Below are positions 37,501 to 50,100 of a stretch of 64,000 nucleotides of DNA, piece after piece. The stretch covers positions 270,197 through 334,196 of the forward strand of contig NW_002060970.1 in assembly GCF_000150275.1 (NCBI RefSeq), written 5' to 3'. Position numbers and translations under genes: made by a program. The notes beneath the pieces were generated by a model. It saw nothing but the letters and a program-made list of their open reading frames with translations, ran no database searches and was not told where the DNA came from. The number at the start of each line of letters is the position of its first letter. Positions within the stretch are counted from its first letter, which is position 1. Source of the DNA: Trichoplax adhaerens. Taxonomy: Eukaryota > Animalia > Placozoa.

Positions 37501-40500
37501 CCAATACCAGTATCGGTGATATGTAGAACACGATTTTCTTTATCAACCTGATATTGACAAAATTATTTTTTTCCAGTTAACAATATCAGGTTTCAAAGTA
37601 GTAAGCAAAAGCTCTAATCAACCATGTAACTTGCAAATGGAATATGGTACATCTATTTACCTTAATTTTGATTTCGAGTTCCGGGTTATTGCCTAATACT
37701 TCCTTATCAGTAAGTGACATAAAACGAATCTTGTCTAAGGCATCAGAGGAATTGGAAATGAGTTCGCGAAGGAAAATCTACACGAGATTAAGAAATTGCT
37801 TAATTCTCATTTTTTTTAATGTAAATTGACATTACTACAATAATTACAACCATATGTAAATTCACTATTACAAGCCGAAATTCTTAGGACATACCTCTTT
37901 ATTCCTGTACAAGGAATTAATAATCAGCTTCATCATCCTGCTAACTTCTGCTTGAAATTCACTCTTTTCACCCTTTTCTCTCAATTCTTTCATTTGTGCA
38001 ACGTTCAAACCATCAATCTGCGAGTAAAAAAATATGCTACTTAGAACAGTGTAGACAATAGCATCATTATTTTACATTTTTTACAGAATTGACAGAATTA
38101 TAATAATGTTATATATACAGTATATCATCTAATCGTCGTTGCAAAATATTGGCACCTATACACTAGTGTACGCGTACAATGAATGCTGTAATACGAATAG
38201 TAAAGCAGCTAATCTACCTTAATGGCTTCCTCTTCCCTGTACCATTAACAAGTAGATACCGTACCAGAATTGTTATATGCAAAAGAATACATAAGTCGAT
38301 ATTTAAGTAGAGTAGACAACTTGTAATTACTATTTGAATCACTTAAGCAAGACAAGTATAAAACAGCAATGATTCGCATCGCTATTATTCATAATACCGT
38401 GCAACAGCTTCGTCATCGGTCTTTGATGCATCACGAGATTTACCAATGTCCTCTTCTACAGTTGCAGCTGGTTTTTCGTCGTCCTCAGCTCTGCAGGTTG
38501 CTATAAACAATGTAAAACTTACTATTAGGGGGCATTGCTTAGACTAGCTAAGTAGAAGAAGTGGAAACTATACGCATTTATTACAGTACTACAGTGTGCC
38601 TCTAAAATTGAATCATGTTGATATATATTTTCTAGTAGAGGTATTGTAAATTGGAATTATGTCGGAAATAGTTGTTACTTTGAACACATTCTTATGTTAT
38701 ACAAGGTAAAGAAAATGCAACTTGCGCAACAAAATACAATCACTTCATAATGTCATTACTATCAATATTAGCACTGTACTAATATCTGCATTACGTATAC
38801 CGTTGGAGTAGAATACTGAATATTTGGTGGACTTACTAACATTATTTACTAAATGATTGTTGAAAAGTTTCATTTTTTTTTAAGCCGTACATGTCTATCT
38901 TAATGAATTAATTAAATATAACGCGATGCAGTAGAATAAGAGAACAACATGAAAATTGTGTAATAGATACGAGAACATCAATATTATTTGAATAACAGTG
39001 TTTGTCTCGTATAATTAAATAGTCTAAAAATTATAAATACGCTTAGCTGCCAATAATAGCCACAGGAAAATATTTATCAAAAAAATTGTACTCTTTTGGG
39101 TGAAATACACAGGTCGACTAAAGCAACATCTAAGTGATAATCAGATAAATACGAACTCATTTAAATTGTTGCATCGTGATATTACCAATGCTGACCGATC
39201 GTTCTAGGGATCAATTAGTCTACCGATGGTTTTACAGAGAGAGCATCATTCATCATAAAAGTTGTATTTTTAACGTATTGCTCGAACTGTAGACTATAGT
39301 AGATAAGGATAACACTTTATTTATAATCTTGTTATCGATCTGGACGATGACAATAATTTCATCCAAGTTGTTGTATCATCATTTTATGAATAACCATGTT
39401 GTCGATTCGCCTAGGATAACTCAGTCTACCTCTAGTGTCTCAGAGAAGAAGAGTCTATAATAAAGAAATTGTTATTTTTTTTTCACATGAGCAATAGACT
39501 ATTTATCTATTGTTATCGTTTAGCATGATTACCACCAGATCAAGATCAAGGTATTGAAAGCGTGATATTAATAATTTTGTGGTAGCATCGATCGGTCTAG
39601 GGCTATTAGCGCAATCTGCAACAACCAGTGAAAGTTAGCCACGTTGACTATTATTGTTTTAAATTTGTCGTGAATACATCAACAATTCATTTCTTATCCA
39701 TTTTAAAGGAGTCATAACCGGTGAGTGAGGCATTGATGGTATGGGAGAAAAAAACAACATCATGTAATTACTTTGTACACATGATCATAATACGTTGAAG
39801 GATATGAAAATAACCGTCTTAAATTGAAAACAAAAGCATGGATGATTGCCCGGGTGTTATTTCTCTCAAGCGTTGCATATTCACTTGTTTCTTTCAAATC
39901 TACTACCGTGTGATAGTGCTAAATTCAAGAAGCTCGTAACTGCACTGAAGTGATTGTCATCTTGGTCGATGATATGATGGCTTTAAAAGCAGTAAAGAGC
40001 ATACTATTACCGAATCAATCGAATTCAGTTGTCTAGAATGGATAATGGAAATAGCTTGTTTGCAAAAGACTACTTTTGTTCCGCTACAGTAATAACATGA
40101 TTTATAGTTTAAGCACTCTATTTCACTGCAAGTACAAGCCATTTCTGTACATACATGAAATCCGAGACTATATGAACATAGTCACGCATGTACTGTATTG
40201 AATAAGTTATAGGGTGTTCAACCATATATAAATATTTAAATTCGATTTCTTACTAAACCTAGTGCATATAAACGGGTTGTTTAACAAGAGCAAGTTTGTC
40301 AACATCGACACTATCTACTAAGCGTGATTAACAACAAATCGGATGCTTCGGTATCCATGCAAGCATTTTCAGCGATTTCTACTTTAAGAAGCTCCCTTGG
40401 AATCGATGACGTGAGTGGCTTCTCATCCAAATCCATCTACTAGATATGGACAGGATTGGGGAGTCTTACTTAACATTGATAGCTATTCCCAAAATGACTA

Positions 40501-41184
40501 GCAAATGCTTGCATCTTGCGCATTCATTGAAGATGGGCCAAGGTGAAATAGTGAAGAAGGTATATCGATGCAAGCCAGTATGCATCCATATCGTCTTGTA
40601 CTATAATATGAAATTAGCATTGAGTGAAGAAGTTATGCACCGCTAGAGCACGGTCATTTTCGGAAAACTCAATCCAATAGATGATCGATAGACATGTATT
40701 GGACAGAGGACAAGACTGCTTTTCTAAGTATTCTTTCTACTCTTGTTCTATGAACATTTTAAGGTTGCTCCAAACAGAAGCAATGCCATTTTGCACCAAC
40801 GTGTTGGGCACGCTTGATTGCATGGTACTCTTGTACAATGAACCACGCTGTTGACTTCTTTCTACACGCTCAGTCACCATTTTGACATAAACTATTGCAC
40901 CCTTTACGTGTCTATCTTACTACTAATGCCATTGTAAATGATCTCTAGCTATTTTTTTTAAACTTTTTATCATGTCATCAATGACCATCATGTCGACATG
41001 ATGATCCAATGAGCCAGTAGAAACATGAGCGAAAATGAAGAAGAAATCATTTTCAATTGGATGGAATTTCCAATCGCTTAACATGTGTGGCGCAAAGGCA
41101 AAAAATATTCCGCAAAAATACTGGTAACTTACGCGTTAAAGCCAGACAGAGTAGAGCAATTAAGAGATAGTATTTCCAGGTCAT
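34516..41184 (-). CDS. HSP90B1: Endoplasmin / GRP94 (ER HSP90), ~16 coding exons; about 70 codons missing at ~35921
   Basis: Signal exon [17 protein letters not shown] (41184-41133), then [22 protein letters not shown], microexon EEEAIK (38236-38218), [121 protein letters not shown], and C-terminal ..EKDEL* (TAG 34516-34518). Confidence 0.96.
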
Positions 41185-41563
41185 GATGGATAAAATAGCA
41201 AGGAGTAATGGATGACCACCTCTGAAGAAATGGTGATGAGAATCAACCGGTCTTGAATGGAATGTACAAGAGGGAGCAAGAGTCCAACAATTAAAAGAGT
41301 CAAGCCCAGGAAGGTGAGGCTACTAGGGTACTATGTACTGTAGTGGACTTGACTTTTTGGACGGGACCCAAGTACAAAAAGTACAGTAGTCCCTACGGAC
41401 ACTCTGGTGTGCATACTGTAGCAAGCCATAGCACGCCATCATCTATTGCAGTCTGTCCCTTGCCTACAGTATACTGTAGAGTATTGTACTGTACACTGTA
41501 GACAACACACACAAGTGGTGGTGAACGATGGTGACTGAATTGTTGCAGCGTGCACTGGCGTAG

Positions 41564-41582
41564 CGTGGCTAATGATGATTGG
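41564..41582 (-). promoter_or_regulatory. ER stress response element (ERSE, CCAAT-N9-CCACG)
   Basis: The minus strand reads CCAAT-catcattag-CCACG, an exact consensus, 380 bp upstream of the GRP94 ATG. Two more CCAAT boxes lie at ~41619-41628. Confidence 0.88.
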
Positions 41583-41659
41583 CTGGCAGCATAATAACGT
41601 GACGCGCGTCTCAATCTGATTGGATTGGCTTTGAATGTAAAGCGACACTGTTTCTTTCT

Positions 41660-42790
41660 TTATCGATGGTCACGGACTGACAGTCACCTACCTACAGGTG
41701 CAGTACTGTACTCAGTGTACTGGTCGATAGTCCAATACAGTCAACGCCTTGGTAGTATCGATCGAAAGTGGATCAATGACTGACTGTCACCTACTTACAG
41801 GTGAACTGTACCGTAATGTCCGACGTCTTGGTAGTATCGATCAAAAGTGGATCACTGACTGACTGTCACCTACCTGCAGGTGTACTGTGCATACTGTACT
41901 GTACACAGTGTACAGTACTGGTCGATAGCTCAGTATACATGTAGTTCTGTACCGTCGACGCCTTTGGTAGTAACGATCTAAAGTGTATCACTGACCGACT
42001 GTCACGGAGTGTCACCTACAGGCGTACTGTACACAGTGTACAGTACTGGTCGATAGCTCAGTATACATGTAGTTCTGTACCGTCGACGCCTTTGGTAGTA
42101 ACGATCTAAAGTGTATCACTGACCGGCTGTCACGGAGTGTCACCTACAGGCTACAGGTCTACTGTACGGTACTGTCGACGCCATGCAAGTATCGATCGAT
42201 AGTGTATCGCTGACTCACTGTCACAGAGTGTCATCTACAGTACTGTACCTATAGATGTACAGAGTGTACAGTACTGTACTGTACTGTCGACGCCTTGGTA
42301 GTATCAATCGATAGTGTATCACTGACTGACTGTCACAGAGTGTCACCTACCTACAGGTGTACAGTGTAAAGTACTGTACTGGTCGATAATCCAGTACAGT
42401 TTTGTACTGTATTGTCGACGCCTTGGTAGTATCGATCGATAGTGTATCACTGACTGACTGTCACAGAGTGTCACCTACCAACAGGTGTACAGTGTAAAGT
42501 ACTGTACTGTACTGTCGACGCCTTGGTAGTATCGATCGATAGTCTATCACTGACTGACTGTCACCTACCTACAGGTGTACACTGTACAGTGTACAGTACT
42601 GCACTGGTCGATAATCCAGTACTGTACTGTACTGTCGACGCCTTGGTAGTATCGATCGAAAGTGAATCACTGACTGACTGTTACCTACCTGCAAGTGTGC
42701 AGTACTGTCCTGGTCGATAGTCCAGTACAGTTCTGTAACTGGACTGTCTACGCCTTGGCAGCATCGATCTAAAGTGTATCGGTCATTCTA
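41660..42790. repeat. Tandem minisatellite array of ~10 units (80-130 bp) upstream of GRP94
   Basis: The core gtcgacgccttggtagtatcgatcgatagtgtatcactgactgactgtcac(agagtgtcac)ctac recurs at ~41740, 41818, 41954, 42082, 42174, 42286, 42414, 42514, 42633 and 42746. Linkers are variable (tactg)n tracts. Confidence 0.92.
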
Positions 42791-44851
42791 TAGTATTCCA
42801 TTGCAGGTACTGTATCGGTATTATGAAAAGCGATATCAGACCGTGGTCCTATGGCGTCACCCTGTTGACTATCAAGGAGAGAGTGACGTGAAGAAAAACG
42901 TGCTGTCAGTCCATACCGTGTGGTAAGCCAGCGATACTGAAGTAAGAAAGAGACGGACGGAAAACGCTACACTGTACTACTCCAAACGCCACGGCTGAAT
43001 TATTTTGACTAGTGTATCATTTTTGGCTAGTCCATCGACCTCCATTTTAGTCATTGATGGTAAAAGAAAGAGGGGGAATAGCAAATGGATCGATCGCTCT
43101 GCACAGTATACTAATCCTTTAAGATCGCACTACAGTATGTTGTTGGTCATTTCAACTAAAACATCAATCACGACAGAACTGTCAGTGTGTGACTGTCTAC
43201 GATTGTCCTCCGATGACCTACTGTACACTGTACAGTACAGTACTGTACTGGACGGCTTTGTTTGCTTTCCATAGTAGCGTACACTACAGTACACTGTACT
43301 GTAGAATGAGCAGTTCAAAACTTCAAATGATCTGTACTGAATGTTCACTTCTCGTCTTTCTGTCTGTACTATCTGTTTCCATGGCTAAACCAAGTTCTTA
43401 CCTCACCATCGTCCTTTCTACTGAGTACAGTACAGTAGATGCATAGTGTACCGTAGTTTTAGAATTTCCATGTCAAAAATCGACTTCCTTCATTGCGATT
43501 GAAATGACTCAATATTATATGTGCTGGTAGACGAAGGTTCAGTAAATATTACTATTGCAATAATTCATATGAATAAAGGACCTAACATAAGAAAAATTGA
43601 TTTATAGCGTGTACCGTTATATGTTGTAAAATCCCCATTTTACAGTATTTTGTATAAGAAACTACAGTGAAATTGAGTCTTCCGTACACTGATAAGACTG
43701 ATGCAAACGGTAACAAATTGCGTCATCTATTACGGCTAAAGGAAGCCAAAACATGGTGGAAAAAATAAAGAATCACTCACAGGGTGATGCTTGTAAATCG
43801 CCCAGCTTTTTTAAGCAAAGTATGATAGGTGGTACTGTGCAGAGAAACGGGATCTCCTTCATTATGATAATTAATAGAACCGTATACTATAACTAAGTTT
43901 AAATCACGCAATACTTTCAATTTTGCCTTACGCTATTGAATAGCTGAAATGGTATTCCAATCTTATAAATTCATTCTATCCATTTGCATGGTTGTATGCA
44001 ATGAAATAAGGCGAATTGAAGGATAGAATTTTAATTGGTAAAAGTAGCTGCGCTAAAATAATATTCAAGACGTTCACTATCGTGTCTAGTCCAATCCTCT
44101 ATTGATCTCACTATGTCATTTGACTGACAAGAAATGTGTTGCAACATCTTGCTACCAATAATTTTTAATTTTTATTGTCGTACAGCGTAGGAGCGATTTA
44201 TGAATTTTATTCCTATTGGCATAATTTTAAATCTTAATTTGAAGCACTATAATGTCGATCTCAGCGATGAAAGTCATATCATTACAAGCCACATTTTCCA
44301 CCTTGTAGAATAATATAAAATCAGGGTAATCATTTGGTCAGACTAGAGTCTTATTTGAGGCAATATCTGTAACTTGAACAAGACTATCAAGTTCTAACCA
44401 ATGTCTGTATAATGTCCATCATTGACTGTTGGTGAGTATGTTTGTAATTACTAGTATTAGCAATATTGATATCAACAGGAGTCAATTATAGCGGCTAGTG
44501 TAGCCAATGCTACTCACTCAGTCATCATACTTTCACTTTTCTCTCAACTTAAAGTAGGTACTCTGGTAGGCAGTATCTACCGTAAAACTGTAGCTATGAC
44601 TGTTTGCTCGTAGCGAAAGAAATAGAAGCTTGGACTATTCTCTCCCCTTCGTCAGTACTGTAAATAGCGCCAAATTGTAACTGTGAATGCTATATTGGTA
44701 GCAAGAAGAGGCAGGAATTTGTCGATGATCGTCATCGCATACCATCAAAGCTGGCGTAAAACTGCAAAACTCTAGTATGTAGTGTAGTTGCTCTACTTTG
44801 ACTTTCTCTCCTCTTCGACAGTAGAATCACCCAGTAGTCCAGATATTCACC

Positions 44852-45250
44852 AGTGGAATCACTTCAATATTAGTGTTTAGTGTTGTGGCCTTTAAAAGTG
44901 GAATTAGTCCAGTATTCGCGTTTAGTGTAGCGGCCTATGAAAGTGGAATTAGTACTTAAAGTTGCGGCCTATGAAAGTGGAATTAGCCCAATGTTAGCGT
45001 TTAGTGTTGTGGCCTATGAAAATAGAATTGGTCCAATATTCATCCTTAGTGTTGTGGCCTATGAAAGTGCAATTAGTCTAGAATTAATGTTTAATGTTAT
45101 GTCCTATGAAAGTGGAATTAGTCAAGTATTAGTGTTTGGTGTTGCGGCCTGTGAAAGTGGAATTAGTCCAGTCCAATATTAGTATTTAGTGTTATGGCCG
45201 ATAAAAGTGGAATTAGTCCAGTATTAGTGTTTTAGTGTTGCAGCCTATGA
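44852..45250. repeat. Tandem repeat, ~9 x 45 bp
   Basis: Unit ttagtgttgtggcctatgaaagtggaattagtccagtattagtgt; it accounts for the repetitive ORF 44937-45182. Confidence 0.9.
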
Positions 45251-45470
45251 TAAAACATCTTTTTTACCGCAACAGCCCAAACTATTTGACTCTTAAACTA
45301 GCGGATAGGCTGCGACTAGACCTGAGAAAGGTTCGGTTCGGCTCAAAACCGTTATGATCTATATAAGAACCTGAATCTGAACCGCTTTGACATCAATCAA
45401 ACCTGAACCGAACCTATTTTACCATTTTTGAACTGGTTCAATCGGTTCGATTCAATTTACAGCAACACTA
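45233..45470. mobile_element. Putative MITE-like element with 9-bp terminal inverted repeats TAGTGTTGC/GCAACACTA
   Basis: Perfect 9-bp inverted ends with internal ggttcggttcgg, aaccgaacc and tcggttcg motifs. No target-site duplication evident. Confidence 0.5.
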
Positions 45471-47150
45471 GTACAAACTCACGTCGCTTTGCTGACGGTT
45501 TACGATAATGTACCCATTTATTAATAATTAACAGATAGTATTACCATTCGACATTATATATATCCCGGTAATAGCCAGACACTACTATATTCACAGCTAT
45601 GCTTCTAGAATACTGCTTTTCAATAATGCATTCACGGATGAAATGCTATAAAATGCTATATTAAGATTAGTTAATGGTCCAAAATGCATTATGATAACTA
45701 TTGCACGGTGATGGACATACCAAGTTAAGATTAGCAGGTACTGGAAGATATCGACAGTGCGGTACAATGTCCTTAGTACTGTGGTCAATTCTATACCAAT
45801 CATGATATTGTGTCTAAGGATCGCTTGTGTATGCAAAGTTTTAAATATTTATTCTACATTACCTATTTTCTTAATGCTAATTTATCTAAATTTTATGTAC
45901 CAGCAATATTGATTGTCATTGCTGCCAATAAAAGAGCTTCAGATATGACTTATAATTATTTATACTATAGAATTATGCTTATTGCCTATTGATTATCCAC
46001 ATCGACGCTTGCTTAAGGTGCAGCCAAGCAAGTATAATGTTAAATTGAAAACAGTTTACAGATCAAAGTACATTCAATCTATCGATATCGGCACTTTAGA
46101 TCGCCTGTAGATCAACCATATTAAAGGGAATGGCAAATCAAATCACAAATAATCAAAGCAAATAAAGCAGTCCCATTTAAACATTACTCAGATGCAATAG
46201 AATACAATTTAAAAACGATCGATGTCAAGAATTCAACAATAGTTCTGTTGTGCTATAGCCAACATCACTTGCTTCCTTCATTTCACTCCATAAATCATGC
46301 ATCTTTTAGCTTAAGGCTATCATGGTTTTATGGCCATCAGCTTAATATAATAAGATAAATAAGTATAAACTTATATCAGAACCTTGTTTAAACCACTCTA
46401 CTCATTGTCATTACCAAGTACCTTTTATGCTGTTTATTGAACATGGAGCCAATGTATAATAATGCCCACGCCTACATTGACCGAGTTATTTACTCATGTA
46501 TTGAATTTATCGCAATAACTGTAACAGAGAGTCGATGAAGAATAGATTCAACCTTTACAAATTAGTATAATATCCCTAATATAACTAGTAAAGTGATTGA
46601 TAGCTATATTTAAGCAGATTGAATAGCATCTTCAAGAGAACAATACTTGGCCCAATAGTATTTATTAGCTTAACACTGCTGCAGGCTGTGCTTAGCAATC
46701 TGCCTTTAGGAGTTAATTAATAAGTTGTAATTATAATTAATTTTTTCCACTACTTTATCCTTGATTTGGCCTTTAGGATCTTATCCTAGGTTGCAACGTG
46801 TATTTGCTAGCCAGGAATTGGGGAAGAGATCCAAGCAGTAACCTAGCCAAAATATTTTCTTGCAAAAGACAAGGCCATTACGACAGGCAGTGGCGAAATC
46901 ATCGCCATACTTGAAAAAAAAAATCAACTGAACAGGTAAGTTTTTACTAGGTAAAAAAGTTTCAAATAAGCGCTATATTAAAAAAATTTTTAAAGGATGG
47001 GCAGATTTCAATGCTGATTACTGCTTAACTTTACGTATTGGATAATATTCAATTAAGAGCGGCATCAATTCAAATTCATCCAACATCAAATAGTGTTTGT
47101 TTCTTAACAATTATCGTCTAATTAAATGTTGTAGTCAAGAATTGAAGAAA

Positions 47151-50100
47151 ATGAAATCTAAAAGCTATGCCGTAGCTCAATACAATCAAGAGATTTCAAC
47201 CGAAGGAAGAGGTAAGGGTAATTCGATCTTTTCATTCTTGGTTTTTTTTGACTTTGGAGATGGCTATGATAACGCTACGTTTATTGTCAGGAAAAACTTT
47301 TTTTGCTTTCATTATTCATCCAATTGCTTTAAATTATCATTTCGATCTTTCTCTAAGGATAATAGTATCCTAATCATTTTAAAATAGAGATTAACTACGA
47401 TTACTGTTTCAGTGATATTGAGGCCAACTCTTTGATCATGATATCAACAGAAAATGATTCTTTATCTTGACCTTAAATTAGCAATCAATTCGTCTGAAAG
47501 AAATTCTATTTACCTTCCGTTTGATCGTATCAAATTGAAATCGTTTAAATAATCATTATCACTAACTGCACGATACTATTGCAATTTACTTCCCACTATT
47601 TTCATGCCACTAATGAAGCGTTTGATCACGAAATTTCAAGACCTAGAAAATGATTGATTGATTTTTCTCCATAGTAATTTGCAGATGGGGTAGATCAGGG
47701 TTCTATTTAGCCTAGATTTGAACATATAACATCGATATATATTGCAATATCGTCTGATGAAATTACATTAATATTGTGATATTATATTTATGTGGCTCAA
47801 AAGGTATAACGCCAAGTGTTTACGTAGTATGAAGCAAGTATTCGATTACAATATCGAAAATAATTTTACTGTTATATAGATTTTAAATAACGCTCGATAG
47901 TTATTAGTACCAAATTCAGTCGTGAGAGTATAATGATATCGTACTGAATGAAGAATAATATCATCAGTTGATCATCCCAATAGTTAGCACTGCATGATTA
48001 CAGCTTTATTGTTTCCTCCTGTTTATACGGCGTCGAACAAGTTTAAAGTGAGAAATTATTTATTCGACAACGTAGTTGAATGTGTCAATCAGATTGATAT
48101 TAACATATTTCTATAAAATTTAAGTAAAGAAGTTTTTCTCGTAAAAGGCTTATAATGCTGAAAGTGTCTTGTAAAAGGAAAGTTTCATCGAGTTAATAGT
48201 ATAAAATAATTTATTGCTTACCTTATTACGTTAAATGTAGCATCATTTGACGAAAAGTGTATCCTAGTCATTTCTTTAGTATACCAGTATATAAAATTGA
48301 ATATTTTTTTCATTTCCATTTAAAATTTCAATTGTTAAACTTCTACAATGTCTCAACAAATCTTTTAATTACGTATAAAATATAATTTGCCTTTGAAAAC
48401 CCAGAATAAATTTGTCGATATCCAAGGAAGGATGGCTTTTATTGACCGATTTAAACTGCTGAACGTAGTTGCACCTTAGTTTTAGTTACATTTTTCCTAG
48501 TTAAAGTATCTAAATGGAAATTGAAGATGCTGTAAGTCTTATCAAGCATCAAGATTGAACACCTCAAATTTTACATTCCTTAAATAGCTCCCAACTGGCC
48601 ATATAATTTGTTTTTTACTACTTAAGAATTGCCCTGTAATAGTTCACTAGCCAAGTAATTTCTTAGTAGTAATCAACTTTAAGCAGACACGATATCTTTA
48701 TTTTCTAGCATTCTGTACCGGTCTACTACTGTATATTTTAGCAGTGCAGTTAGCATGAAAATCTTTATCATGTTTGATGTCTAACAACTTATGCTAAGAC
48801 ACGTATATGATCGTACTATTAAACTCTTAAATATCTAATATCATCGAGAAAAAAGTCTTGAAGGCAGAATAGAAACACGATATAAATGACAAGTGTGGTT
48901 AAATTACATTTTGCTTTAGAAAATTGCTCTAAACAGAGCAGAAAATATGAATTACTCTGCTCTATAGAGGACTAAACGCTGCAATCATAGTCCCTACGGA
49001 CTAGATTATATTGAATATTTAACTATGGTATCTTCTTAATAAATCTGATTATCTATTAGGGAATATCTATTAATTTTCGAATAATCATAGCGTAAATTAG
49101 CTTTACATCATCTCTTCTTTGTCACTATAAAATCAGTGACGAATACCCTTATTAATAAGGCAAAACATGAGATTGATCCCAATATTTTTGTCGGATTATA
49201 TTATATTAATGTTCATTGATTTATTCGTAAGTTTTTATATTTTTCACTGATCTAGAAATGTTTCAAGTGATATTCCATTAGTCGTGCAGCAACATAGTGT
49301 AATACATTTGACCATTTTGTTGATTAATCACATTAATCACAGATGTTTCATGAAATTTCGCATAGCAACAGTGAGCTTGGGATGCACTTGATATTCAATA
49401 GATGTTATTAATTCATTAATCATCTGTTGAGTAAAAATCAACATTCCCCTCTCTATTCCATATTAAGCTTAGAGTGATGCTGACGTTGATAAAATCTAGC
49501 TTTTATAAATGATCTTATGAAGAAAATAAGAAATGAAATGTAATTCTTTTCTTCTTCTTATAACAATACTTGACAGCTGACGTTGAAAATGGCAAGAAAG
49601 AGCCAAGACAAGTTAGCGAAAAAGAAAAAAAAATATTAGACGAGGAAGATAAAGATGAAAGTATAGAGGAAGAGGAAGAAATTGACCAAGAAATGAAAGA
49701 CGATCAAAATGAAATTTATTGGGGCAACTGGATGGAATTCCTTCTGTCTTGCATTGGTTACGCTGTCGGCTATAGTAATGTCTTGAGGTTTCCGTACATC
49801 TGCTATAAGCATGGTGGAGGTTAGTTGAGGTTGATTGCTTGATTACTTATTTCTTCTCGCTGAAATTTATACCAATTTAGATATTTCCTGGTTTCAATTC
49901 AATCAGTAATACTCGTATAATAACAAACAAGGCACTTACAAATACTCGTATTTACAGATTATTAGAATTAGTGGACAATTTTACGATTTCCTACGATATT
50001 ATACAATTTATAGCGAGCAAACGTCTAAGCAGATTCTTACCGGCTAAATTTTAGTGTAGAAAGGTTAAAAGATCTGACATACAAATGGAAGATAGGCGAT

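Noticed and set aside
41660-42790. CRISPR-like repeat/spacer appearance
   Set aside because: The linkers are related TACTG/TGTACA microsatellite rather than unique spacers, the units are degenerate, no cas genes are present, and the context is eukaryotic.
44937-45182. Repetitive ORF (VAAYESGISP)n
   Set aside because: A by-product of a 45-bp tandem repeat; neighbouring units shift frame, and there is no splice or homology support.
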